From positions 224,001-288,000 of the forward strand of contig CAWFDF010000004.1 in NCBI GenBank assembly GCA_963814585.1: DNA of 64,000 nucleotides, written 5' to 3'. Shown piece by piece: positions 39,854 to 48,895 of this stretch (positions within the stretch are counted from its first letter, which is position 1; the number at the start of each line of letters is the position of its first letter). The notes under the pieces were generated by a model. The model was given only the letters and a program-made list of their open reading frames with translations, ran no database searches and was not told where the DNA came from. Both the position numbers and the translations under genes were made by a program. This stretch comes from an uncultured delta proteobacterium (lineage in GTDB: Bacteria > Myxococcota > Myxococcia > Myxococcales > Anaeromyxobacteraceae).

Positions 39854-40975
39854 ATGATCCCCTCGTCGCCCCGCCGTCTCGCCACACTCGGCTCCCTCGC
39901 GCTGGCCTGCGCGCTCCTCACCACCTCCTCGGCGCGCGCCGAGGAGGAGAAGGTCCTCAACGTCTACAACTGGTCGGACTACATCGCCGAAGACACCATC
40001 GCCAACTTCGAGAAGGAGACCGGCATCAAGGTCCGGTACGACAACTTCGACTCCAACGAGGTCCTCCACGCCAAGCTGGTGGCGGGTCGCACCGGCTACG
40101 ACATCGTGGTGCCCTCGTCCTACTTCGGGAAGATGCAGCTCGAGGGCGGCCTGCTCCGCAAGCTCGACAGGTCGCAGCTCCCGAACTGGAACAACCAGGA
40201 TCCGGTGATCCTGAAGGCGCTCGAGGAGATGGACCCGGGCAACCAGTACCTGGTCGACTGGATGTGGGGCTACACCACGGTCGGCATCAACGTGGACAAG
40301 GTGAAGAAGGCGCTCGGCGGAATGCCCATGCCGGACAACGCCTGGGACCTGGTCTTCAAGCCGGAGTACGTCTCGAAGCTCAAGTCCTGCGGGGTTTCCT
40401 TCCTCGACTCCGCCACCGAGATCGTCCCGGCCGCGGCGCACTACCTGGGGAAGAAGGCCTACTCGAAGGACGTGGCCAACTACGGCGGCACGGCCGAGCT
40501 GCTGGCCAAGATCCGCCCGTACGTCACGCTCTTCAGCTCCTCGGGCTACATCAACGACATGGCCAACGGCTCCATCTGCGTGGCCCTCGGCTGGTCGGGC
40601 GACATCAACATCGCCAAGCGCCGCGCCACCGACGGGAAGACCGGGCAGAAGATCGAGTGCCTGCTGCCCAAGACCGGCGGCGTCGTCTTCATGGACACCA
40701 TGGGGATCCCGGCCGACGCGCCGCACCCTGGCAACGCGCACAAGTGGATCAACTTCATCCTCCGCCCCGAGGTGGGCGCCTCGCTCACCAACAAGGTCTT
40801 CTACGCCAACCCGAACAAGGCGGGGATGAAGTTCGTGAAGCCGGAGGTGGCCAGTGACCGCACGGTCTTCCCGGGCGAGGAGGACATGAAGAGGATGGGC
40901 CTGCCGGGCGCGCTCAGCAACGACTCGCGCCGCGCCATGACCCGCATCTACACCACCTTCAAGACCGGCCTCTAG
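39854..40975 (+). CDS. potF: Putrescine ABC transporter substrate-binding protein
   Basis: GGAGG Shine-Dalgarno, signal peptide, LNVYNWSDYI, TGYDIVVPS, WGYTTVG, WSGD, YANPN. Confidence 0.9.
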   Translation: MIPSSPRRLATLGSLALACALLTTSSARAEEEKVLNVYNWSDYIAEDTIANFEKETGIKVRYDNFDSNEVLHAKLVAGRTGYDIVVPSSYFGKMQLEGGLLRKLDRSQLPNWNNQDPVILKALEEMDPGNQYLVDWMWGYTTVGINVDKVKKALGGMPMPDNAWDLVFKPEYVSKLKSCGVSFLDSATEIVPAAAHYLGKKAYSKDVANYGGTAELLAKIRPYVTLFSSSGYINDMANGSICVALGWSGDINIAKRRATDGKTGQKIECLLPKTGGVVFMDTMGIPADAPHPGNAHKWINFILRPEVGASLTNKVFYANPNKAGMKFVKPEVASDRTVFPGEEDMKRMGLPGALSNDSRRAMTRIYTTFKTGL

Positions 40976-41019
40976 GCCAGCTCCGATCGCACCACCCGGA
41001 CCCCCGACCTGGAAGCCCG

Positions 41020-42123
41020 ATGACCCCGGCAACGGCCGTCCCGGCCTACCTGCAGATCCGTGACGTGGTGAAGGACTTCGGCGGCGGAACGGTCGCCGTC
41101 AACCACGTCAGCCTGGACATCCAGCAGGGCGAGATCTTCGCCCTGCTGGGTTCCTCGGGCTGCGGCAAGACCACGTTGCTGCGGATGCTGGCAGGGTTCG
41201 AGATCCCCACCGCCGGGACCATCCTGCTCGACGGCCAGGACCTGGCCGGGCTGCCTCCCTACCTCCGCCCCATCAACATGATGTTCCAGTCCTACGCGCT
41301 CTTCCCGCACCTCACGGTGTGGGACAACATCGCCTTCGGCCTGAGGCGGGACGGGATGTCGAGGCCCCTCATCGCCGAGCGCGTCGAGGCCATGCTCAAG
41401 CTGGTGCAGCTGCAGAAGTACGGCAAGCGCAAGCCGCACCAGCTCTCCGGCGGGCAGCAGCAGCGGGTGGCGCTGGCGCGGAGCCTGGCCAAGCGACCCC
41501 AGCTCATGCTGCTCGACGAGCCGCTCGGGGCCCTCGACAAGAAGCTGCGGGAGGAGACCCAGATCGAGCTGGTCAACATCATCCACGAGGTCGGGGTCAC
41601 CTGCGTCATGGTCACCCATGACCAGGAGGAGGCCATGACCATGGCCACCCGCATCGCGGTCATGAGCGAGGGGAAGATCCTCCAGGTGGGACCGCCGGCC
41701 GAGATCTACGAGACCCCCGCCACCCGGTTCGTGGCCGACTTCATCGGCAACGTGAACCTGATGGACGGCACGGTGGTGCTGGACGAGCCGGACCTGGTGG
41801 AGATCGACTGCGGCTTCTGCCGCCACCGCATCGGCCACGGCATCACCGGCAGCGTGGGCATGGCGGTCAGCGTGGCGGTCCGACCCGAGAAGATCCGGCT
41901 CAGCCGGGAGAAGCCGGAGGGCGAGGTCAACCAGGTCAAGGGGACGGTCCGCGACCGCTCCTACTTCGGCAGCTTCACGGTCTACAACCTGGAGCTGGAG
42001 GGCGGGCGGCGGCTCAAGGTGAGCGAGAGCAACGTCGAGCGCCACCGCGCCGACGCCCCCGACGAGGGGCAGGTGGCCTGGGCCACCTGGCCCGACACCG
42101 CCCAGGTCGTCCTCACGCTGTGA
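41020..42123 (+). CDS. potG: Putrescine ABC transporter ATP-binding protein
   Basis: FALLGSSGCGKT, RPINMMFQSYALFPH, LSGGQQQR, GALDKKLRE. Confidence 0.9.
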   Translation: MTPATAVPAYLQIRDVVKDFGGGTVAVNHVSLDIQQGEIFALLGSSGCGKTTLLRMLAGFEIPTAGTILLDGQDLAGLPPYLRPINMMFQSYALFPHLTVWDNIAFGLRRDGMSRPLIAERVEAMLKLVQLQKYGKRKPHQLSGGQQQRVALARSLAKRPQLMLLDEPLGALDKKLREETQIELVNIIHEVGVTCVMVTHDQEEAMTMATRIAVMSEGKILQVGPPAEIYETPATRFVADFIGNVNLMDGTVVLDEPDLVEIDCGFCRHRIGHGITGSVGMAVSVAVRPEKIRLSREKPEGEVNQVKGTVRDRSYFGSFTVYNLELEGGRRLKVSESNVERHRADAPDEGQVAWATWPDTAQVVLTL

Positions 42124-42142
42124 CGACAGGCCCAGCCAGCCC

Positions 42143-43102
42143 ATGAGCCGCCCGCCCGCCACCTCGTTCCTCGACCGGATCCACGCGCATCCGGCCTTCC
42201 GCAAGCACGGGCGGAAGGCGGTCATCGTCGTGCCCTACGTCTGGCTGCTGGTCTTCTTCATGCTGCCCTTCTTCATCATCCTGAAGATCAGCGTCCAGGA
42301 CATGGAGGGGGTCACGTTCCAGCCGGTGGCGAAGCTCCAGGATGGCGTGGCCTCCCTGGTCATCAACTTCAACCACTACCTGTTCCTCCTCCAGGATCGC
42401 CTCTACGTCCAGACCTACTGGTCGAGCCTGAAGTACGCGGCGATGACCACCGTCTGGTGCCTCTTCATCGGCTACCCGTTCGCCTACTTCATGGCCCGCG
42501 CCAAGGCCACCGTCCAGCCGGCGCTGATGATGATGGTCATGCTGCCCTTCTGGACCTCCTTCCTGCTGCGCGTCTACGCCTGGAAGGGCCTGCTCATGGA
42601 GGGGGGCTGGATCTCCCGGCTCCTCATCGCCCTCCACGTCGACGACCTGCTGCTCTTCCTCGACCTCATCCCGGCGGCCGGCATGTTCATGAACTCGCCG
42701 TTCTCGCTGGTGGTCGGCATGACCTACACCTACCTGCCGTTCATGGTGCTGCCGCTCTACGCCACCCTCGCCAAGATGGACCTGCGGCTGCTCGAGGCGG
42801 CCGCCGACCTGGGCGCCACCCCCTGGGTCGGCTTCTGGAAGATCACCGTGCCGCTCTCCAAGGCCGGGATCATCGCCGGGTCGATGCTGGTCTTCATCCC
42901 CTGCATCGGCGAGTTCGTCATCCCCGAGCTGCTGGGCGGGCCGCGCACGCTGATGATCGGCCGCGTCCTCTGGGACGAGTTCTTCTCCAACAACGACTGG
43001 CCCATGGCCGCCAGCGTGGCGGTGGTGGTGATCCTGCTCATCATCGTGCCCCTGGCCCTCTTCAACAAGTACCAGGCCGAGGCCACCGAGGCCCGCGCAT
43101 GA
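42143..43102 (+). CDS. potH: Putrescine ABC transporter permease
   Basis: PFWTSFLLRVYAW, LEAAADLGA, GEFVIPELLGG, EFFSNNDWP. Confidence 0.9.
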   Translation: MSRPPATSFLDRIHAHPAFRKHGRKAVIVVPYVWLLVFFMLPFFIILKISVQDMEGVTFQPVAKLQDGVASLVINFNHYLFLLQDRLYVQTYWSSLKYAAMTTVWCLFIGYPFAYFMARAKATVQPALMMMVMLPFWTSFLLRVYAWKGLLMEGGWISRLLIALHVDDLLLFLDLIPAAGMFMNSPFSLVVGMTYTYLPFMVLPLYATLAKMDLRLLEAAADLGATPWVGFWKITVPLSKAGIIAGSMLVFIPCIGEFVIPELLGGPRTLMIGRVLWDEFFSNNDWPMAASVAVVVILLIIVPLALFNKYQAEATEARA

Positions 43103-43956
43103 CCCTCGGGCGCTTCATCCACGGCGGGAGCTTCAACCGGCTCTTCTCGAGGGGCTGGCTGGCGGCCGGCTTCCTCTTCCTCTACCTGCCGATGCTGGCG
43201 CTCATCATCTACTCCTTCAACGAGTCCCCGATGCCGGTGGTCTGGGGCGGGGTCTCGCTGCGCTGGTACCGCGCCCTGGCCCAGGACCGGGAGCTGCTTG
43301 ACGGGCTCTGGCTGTCGCTGCGCATCGCCCTCTACTCCGGCCTGGCCTCGGTGGTGCTGGGGACCCTGGCGGCCTTCACGCTGGTGAAGTACCGCCGCTT
43401 CCTGGGCCGGACCATCTTCAGCGGCATGGTCAGCGCGCCGCTGGTGATGCCCGAGGTGATCATCGGGCTGTCGCTGCTGCTCATGCTGGTCACCATGCAG
43501 CGCTGGCTCGGCTTCCCGGAGCGCGGCCTCCTCACCATCTGGATGGGCCACCTGCTGCTGGGGCTGGCCTACGCCACGGTGGTGATCCAGGCCCGCCTCA
43601 AGGATCTCAACCCGGAGCTCGAGGAGGCGGCCACCGACCTGGGGGCCCGGCCCATCCAGGTCTTCTTCCTGGTGACGCTGCCGCTCATCTTCCAGTCCCT
43701 GGTCTCGGCCTTCCTGCTCACCTTCACCCTGTCGCTCGACGACGTGGTGCTCTCGGCCTTCCTGTCCGGGCCGGGGGCCACCACCATGCCCCTCGTCATC
43801 TTCTCCCGGGCCCGCCTGGGCATGCGGCCCGACGTCAACGCTGCAGCCACCATCATCATCGGCGTCGTGTCGGTGGGGGTGGTGGCCGGCAGCCTGTTCA
43901 TCGCGCGGGCGGAGCGTCGCCGTACCGCCGAGATGGCCGCCGCACAACGAGCCTGA
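43099..43956 (+). CDS. potI: Putrescine ABC transporter permease
   Basis: FLFLYLP...YSFN, APLVMPEVIIGLSLL, EEAATDLGA, SLDDVV; ATGA-coupled to potH. Confidence 0.9.
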   Translation: MTLGRFIHGGSFNRLFSRGWLAAGFLFLYLPMLALIIYSFNESPMPVVWGGVSLRWYRALAQDRELLDGLWLSLRIALYSGLASVVLGTLAAFTLVKYRRFLGRTIFSGMVSAPLVMPEVIIGLSLLLMLVTMQRWLGFPERGLLTIWMGHLLLGLAYATVVIQARLKDLNPELEEAATDLGARPIQVFFLVTLPLIFQSLVSAFLLTFTLSLDDVVLSAFLSGPGATTMPLVIFSRARLGMRPDVNAAATIIIGVVSVGVVAGSLFIARAERRRTAEMAAAQRA

Positions 43957-44004
43957 CCACCACGCCGGACCACACTTCCGATTCACCACCAGAGGAGCGC
44001 ACCC

Positions 44005-45339
44005 ATGAGAACCCTGAAGCTCACCATCCTGGCACTGGCCCTGGCCGGCGCCTTCCCGACCAAGGCCGCCGACCCGGCCAACGAGACGAAGAAGGTGCTG
44101 CTGGCCGCCCAGCCCGCCGCGGCGGGCATGACGCCCGAGCAGCTGGCCGAGTTCAACCGCATCGCCGTCAAGACCGAGGCGCTCGAGGACGGCCGGGACG
44201 ACTCCGGCTTCAAGGACCTCAAGATCTCCGGGTACGCCGACGTCAACTACATCTACAACTTCAACAAGGAGCGGGGCACCTTCCAGTTCCTGGTGCCGGT
44301 CGACAAGGAGGCGTACGGCTACGACAACTCCTACTTCGGCAGCGTGGCCCTGGACATCCAGAAGGAGATGGAGGGCGGCACCAAGTTCCGCCTCACCCTC
44401 ATCCCCAAGCGCTCCACCGGCGACGTCATGGGGGAGTACAGCATCGTCCACGAGGCCACCGTCTCCATCCCGCTGAGCGGCGACGTCCGGCTCTTCGCCG
44501 GCCAGATCCCCGACTGGCAGGGGTACGAGTACCTGCCGCCGACGCAGAACAAGCTGATCACCCACAACCTGCTCTTCGACTTCACGCTCCCGTCGGTCTA
44601 CACCGGCGCCGGCCTGGAGTTCCCGCTCGGCGACCTGGCCATGAAGGCCGCCATCGTCAACGTCAACACCTCGATCCGCAACATCGGCGAGAACGTCCCG
44701 GCCCTGGTCTTCCGCGGCGACTACGAGGTCAGCGAGTTCTTCGGCTGGGGCTTCGCCGGCGTGGCCGGCATGAAGGCCAACTACCGCTCCGACGACGTCA
44801 ACCCCATCACCACCGAGGCCTACGACACCAAGGACACCATGGCGGCCACCTTCGAGGTGGACGCCTGGTACACCCGCGGCGACCTGTCGCTCTTCGGGCA
44901 CGTCGCCTACGGCCAGCAGGCGGACGCCGCCATCACCGCCGACCCGAACACCGGTGAGATGCGCGACGCCCGCTGGTACGGCGCCTCGGCCCTGCTGGCC
45001 TACAAGCTCACCCCCCGCCTCGAGGGGCTGCTGCGCGCCGACTACGTCTCCAACCAGGAGAACGGCGGCGGCCTGCTCGACTGGGCCTTCGCCGACCCCA
45101 GCAACGGCATCGGCCCCGACCAGAACGGCGGCGATCCGGAGAAGGGGGCCGACAAGTACGCCATCACCGTCGGCCTGAACTACGCCATCAGCTCCAACGC
45201 CACCTTCAAGGCCGAGTACCGCTTCGACGGCGCCACCCAGAACGTTTTCGGCAACAAGGACGTGTTCGTGGGCGGGGCCGACCCGAAGTTCGGCAAGTCC
45301 AACTCGCTGGTGTCGACCGGCGTGGTGGTCTTCTTCTAG
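44005..45339 (+). CDS. Outer-membrane beta-barrel porin, DUF3138-like
   Basis: GAGGAG Shine-Dalgarno, signal peptide, amphipathic beta strands, terminal Phe (GVVVFF); motifs EFNRIAVKTEALED and NKLITHNLLFDF recalled as DUF3138-like. Confidence 0.75.
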   Translation: MRTLKLTILALALAGAFPTKAADPANETKKVLLAAQPAAAGMTPEQLAEFNRIAVKTEALEDGRDDSGFKDLKISGYADVNYIYNFNKERGTFQFLVPVDKEAYGYDNSYFGSVALDIQKEMEGGTKFRLTLIPKRSTGDVMGEYSIVHEATVSIPLSGDVRLFAGQIPDWQGYEYLPPTQNKLITHNLLFDFTLPSVYTGAGLEFPLGDLAMKAAIVNVNTSIRNIGENVPALVFRGDYEVSEFFGWGFAGVAGMKANYRSDDVNPITTEAYDTKDTMAATFEVDAWYTRGDLSLFGHVAYGQQADAAITADPNTGEMRDARWYGASALLAYKLTPRLEGLLRADYVSNQENGGGLLDWAFADPSNGIGPDQNGGDPEKGADKYAITVGLNYAISSNATFKAEYRFDGATQNVFGNKDVFVGGADPKFGKSNSLVSTGVVVFF

Positions 45340-45359
45340 CGCCGCTGCGTGTCGAGGCC

Positions 45360-45396
45360 GGGGCCGGCTCCTCGCGGGGCCGGCCCCTCTCTATTT
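45360..45396 (+). terminator. Intrinsic terminator after the porin gene
   Basis: Stem GGGGCCGGCTCC-tcgc-GGGGCCGGCCCC followed by tctctattt. Confidence 0.7.
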
Positions 45397-45438
45397 GGTC
45401 GAAGCCGGGTCCGCGCCGCTGGCGCGCGTCGCGTCGTC

Positions 45439-45600
45439 CCTCGCCGGGACCGAGCCCCTCGCGAGGCGCCCGATGCCGTCGCGAGCCGGGTGACACGACG
45501 ACGGAGCCGTGAAAGCGGGCTGGTGCCCGCTGAGCCGCGGACGGAGGCGTCCGCCGGCGCAGCCCGGCAACGTGCGCCGCAGCAGGGATCGGGCGGCGGG
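45439..45600 (+). repeat. Structured ~165-bp dispersed element, copy 2 (inverted relative to copy 1)
   Basis: Shares blocks tcgcgaggc, cgatgccgtc, gcgagccgggt, acgacgacggag, aagcgggctggtg, cccgctgagc, gcggacggagg, gcgccgcagcagggatcggg with the minus strand of 24642-24807. Confidence 0.85.
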
Positions 45601-45610
45601 AGCGGCCCGA

Positions 45611-46867
45611 TCAGGCGCCGGTCCTTCCGGGCCCCTCCGGGAGCAGCGCCCCGAGGTTGCCGCGGAAGTGGCGCTCCATCAGCGCGGTCACCTCGGCGCG
45701 CGCCGCGCCGGCGTCGTCGCCGCCGATGCGGCGGTGGAGGTCGCGTGCCAGGGGCGCGAAGAGATCGAGCAGGTTCGGGTCGAAGTGGCTGCCGCGCCCC
45801 TGCTCCAGGATGGCGAGCGCCTCCTCGACCGGGAGCGGCTCCTTGTAGGGCCGGCGCGAGGCCAGCGCGTCGAAGACGTCGGCCACCGCGAAGATGCGCG
45901 CCGGCAGCGGGATGGCCTCCCCACGCAGGCCGCCGCCGTATCCGGAGCCGTCCCACTTCTCGTGGTGGTGGCCAACCACCGGGGTCGCGTCGCGCAGCCA
46001 GCTGGAGCGGCCGATGATGTCGAGCCCGTGGGCGACGTGGCGCTTCATCTCCCCGAACTCGCCGGCGTCGAGCCGCCCGGGCTTGTGCAGCACCGCGTCC
46101 GGGGTGCCCAGCTTGCCCACGTCGTGCAGGAAGGCGCCCTTGAGGAGCCCGCGCATGGCGTCGCCGGAGAGCCCGGCGGCCTCGGCGAGGTGGGCGGCGT
46201 AGACCGTGACCCGGAAGTTGTGGGCGTCGGTGTCGCTGTCCCGCTTGGCGATGGCGCTGCCGACCACGCCCAGCGTCTCGAGGTTGGCGTCGAGCAGGCT
46301 GAGGGAGAGCCCCTCCAGCCGGCGCAGCAGGCGCGCCACGATGGGGTAGATGAGCGCGGCCGTGGCCAGCACGATCCCCACGGCCAGGGCGATGGTCACG
46401 GCCAGCCGTCGGCGCGCCTCCGACCGCTCCCCGGCGGAGACCTCGAACCGGGCCGTCACGTGCCCGGCCACTCGCCCGGACGAGTCGAGCAGGGGCAGGT
46501 CGACGGGGACGAGCCCGGACGCGTCGGGCTCGGTCCGGCCCGGCATGGCCGCGCGCGCCACCACGGCACGATCGGCGTCGAGGATGGCGACCTCGACGAA
46601 GCGGCCGCTGGCCGCCCCGGCCGGCGACTGCCGCAGGCGGTCGAGGAAGCGCTGGACCGCGACGTGATCGGCCAGGCCGGCGTCGAGCTGCGGCAGCAGC
46701 TCCAGGCGCACCAGCCCGGCGGCCTGGGCGGCGCGCTCGGTCACCAGCTGCCGGGTCCGCCCGTGCTCCCGGAAGCTGACGATCCCCGCGGCCGGGATGG
46801 AGACCACCACGGTCGCGAGCGCGACGCGGAGGAACAGCATCCGGTGGATCGAGCGGTCTCGCGCCAT
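45611..46867 (-). CDS. Membrane-bound HD-GYP domain protein (c-di-GMP phosphodiesterase class II)
   Basis: Two TM segments, KRDSDTDAH, FLHDVGK, HHEKWDGSGYG, ADVFDAL, RPYK. Confidence 0.9.
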   Translation of the reverse strand: MARDRSIHRMLFLRVALATVVVSIPAAGIVSFREHGRTRQLVTERAAQAAGLVRLELLPQLDAGLADHVAVQRFLDRLRQSPAGAASGRFVEVAILDADRAVVARAAMPGRTEPDASGLVPVDLPLLDSSGRVAGHVTARFEVSAGERSEARRRLAVTIALAVGIVLATAALIYPIVARLLRRLEGLSLSLLDANLETLGVVGSAIAKRDSDTDAHNFRVTVYAAHLAEAAGLSGDAMRGLLKGAFLHDVGKLGTPDAVLHKPGRLDAGEFGEMKRHVAHGLDIIGRSSWLRDATPVVGHHHEKWDGSGYGGGLRGEAIPLPARIFAVADVFDALASRRPYKEPLPVEEALAILEQGRGSHFDPNLLDLFAPLARDLHRRIGGDDAGAARAEVTALMERHFRGNLGALLPEGPGRTGA

Positions 46868-46877
46868 GGAGGCGAGG

Positions 46878-47465
46878 TCAGGCCTCGATCCTGGAGCCGA
46901 GCACCTTGAGGAACTGGCGCATCCACTCCGGGTGAGCCGGCCAGGCCGGTGCCGTCACCAGGTTCCCGTCGGTGAGGGCGTTGGAGGCGGTGGCGTTGAC
47001 CTCGCCGAAGGTGCCGCCGGCGGCGGTGCACTCCGGCCCGCAGGCCGGGTAGGCGATCACCTTGCGGCCCTTGAGGACGCCGGCGGCGGCCAGGATCTGC
47101 GGCCCGTGGCAGATGGCGGCGATGGGCTTCCTGGCCTTGTCGAACTCCTGCACCAGCGCGATGACCCTGGGATCGAGCCGCAGGTACTCCGGGGCGCGGC
47201 CCCCGGGGATGCAGAGGGCGTCGTACGCACCTGCCCGGGCCTCGTCGAAGCCGGCGGTGATGGCGAAGCGGTGGCCGGTCAGCTCGACGTAGGTCTGGTC
47301 GCCCACGAAGTCGTGGACCGCGGTCTTGACGGTGTCCCCCTTCTTCTTGCCCGGGCAGACGGTGTCGACCGTGTGCCCGACCATGGTGAGGATCTGGTAG
47401 GGCACCATCGCCTCGTAGTCCTCGACGAAATCGCCGACCAGCATCAGGATCTTCTTCGCGCTCAT
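46878..47465 (-). CDS. DJ-1/PfpI family protein
   Basis: GDFVEDYE, PGGRAPEYLR, AICHG. Confidence 0.94.
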   Translation of the reverse strand: MSAKKILMLVGDFVEDYEAMVPYQILTMVGHTVDTVCPGKKKGDTVKTAVHDFVGDQTYVELTGHRFAITAGFDEARAGAYDALCIPGGRAPEYLRLDPRVIALVQEFDKARKPIAAICHGPQILAAAGVLKGRKVIAYPACGPECTAAGGTFGEVNATASNALTDGNLVTAPAWPAHPEWMRQFLKVLGSRIEA

Positions 47466-47740
47466 GGGTGGCCTCCTCGGCCCGGTTGGGCCCCGCCTGG
47501 CGGGGTGGCCCGATCATGGGCCGTCAACGATCGCTTTGCGGTGGCCGGATGGGGCGTTGCGGACCTGGCGCCCCGGCCCCGGGCGGAAGGCTGGGCCGAG
47601 GTGACGGGTCTCCCGGCCGGGGCGTTCCACCCCGGATCGGGCCGGCCTGGGCCGGCTTCCCTTGAAGCGCTGCGGCCCGGCGCTTACATGACCACCCGTT
47701 CCCGGCCGCCTTCCGGCCGGTTCCGCCCAGGGGCGACGCC

Positions 47741-48877
47741 ATGATGATCCGTACCAAGCAGTGGTTGGGCGCAGGGCTGGGGCTCCTCGTCGTGGTCGGC
47801 GCGCTGGTCGGAGTGAAGGCTGGGCAGATCGGCGTGATGATCGCCAGCGGCAAGACCTTCTCGCCACCACCCGAGTCGGTCACCTCGGCCCCGGTCCAGG
47901 CCACCGAGTGGCAGCCTTCCCTCCCGGCCAGCGGCAGCGTGGTGGCCATGCGCGGCGTGACCCTGGGCGCCGAGCTGCCCGGCACGGTGCGCGAGGTCGC
48001 CTTCGACTCCGGCGCCTGGGTCCAGCAGGGCGCGGTGCTGGTCCGGCTCGACACCTCCTCCGAGGAGGCGGCGCTCGCCGGCGCCAGGGCCGACGCCACG
48101 CTGGCCCGCCTGGCGCTGGAGCGGGCCCGCAGCCTGCGGCAGTCGGACGTCAACTCCCAGGCCGACCTCGACGGCGCCGAGGCCAGGGCCGCCCAGGCCG
48201 ACGCCGCGGTGGCCGGGCTGGAGGCCGCCATCGCCAAGAAGACCATCCGGGCTCCCTTCGCCGGCCGGATCGCCATCCGCCAGGTCGAGGTCGGGCAGGT
48301 GGTGACCCCCGGGACCCCGGTGGCCTCGCTCCAGTCGGTCGATCCGACCTTCGTCGACTTCTGGCTGCCCCAGCAGGCGCTGGCCTCCCTGCAGGTCGGC
48401 CAGCAGGTGCGCCTCACCACCGACACCTACGTGGGCTCGACCTGGGACGGCCGGCTCACCACCATCAACCCGGAGATCGACCCGGCCACGCGCAACGTGC
48501 GGCTGCGGGCCACCTTCCCCAACCCCGACGGCCGGCTCCGCCCCGGCATGTTCGCCAGCGTCGAGGTGCTCTCCGCCGACCGCCAGCCGGTGCTGCTGGT
48601 CCCGGCCACCTCGGCCATCTACGCCCCCTACGGCGACTCGGTCTTCGTGCTGGAGCCGGCCGCCGAGGCCGGCAAGCCACCCGGGATGACGGCGCGGCAG
48701 CGGTTCGTCCGGCTCGGCCAGCGCCGCGGCGACCTGGTGGCGGTGGTGTCGGGGCTGAAGGCCGGCGAGACGGTGGTGAGCAGCGGGGCCTTCAAGCTCC
48801 GCAACGGCGCCGCCGTGGTGGTCCACAACGACCAGGCCCCCGAGGCCGAGCTGGACCCCCGGCCGGTCGACCGGTGA
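47741..48877 (+). CDS. RND efflux periplasmic adaptor subunit
   Basis: N-terminal anchor, lipoyl/hairpin pattern, IRAPFAG, LRPGMF. Confidence 0.94.
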   Translation: MMIRTKQWLGAGLGLLVVVGALVGVKAGQIGVMIASGKTFSPPPESVTSAPVQATEWQPSLPASGSVVAMRGVTLGAELPGTVREVAFDSGAWVQQGAVLVRLDTSSEEAALAGARADATLARLALERARSLRQSDVNSQADLDGAEARAAQADAAVAGLEAAIAKKTIRAPFAGRIAIRQVEVGQVVTPGTPVASLQSVDPTFVDFWLPQQALASLQVGQQVRLTTDTYVGSTWDGRLTTINPEIDPATRNVRLRATFPNPDGRLRPGMFASVEVLSADRQPVLLVPATSAIYAPYGDSVFVLEPAAEAGKPPGMTARQRFVRLGQRRGDLVAVVSGLKAGETVVSSGAFKLRNGAAVVVHNDQAPEAELDPRPVDR

Positions 48878-48895
48878 GGCGGCGAGGGGCCTGAC

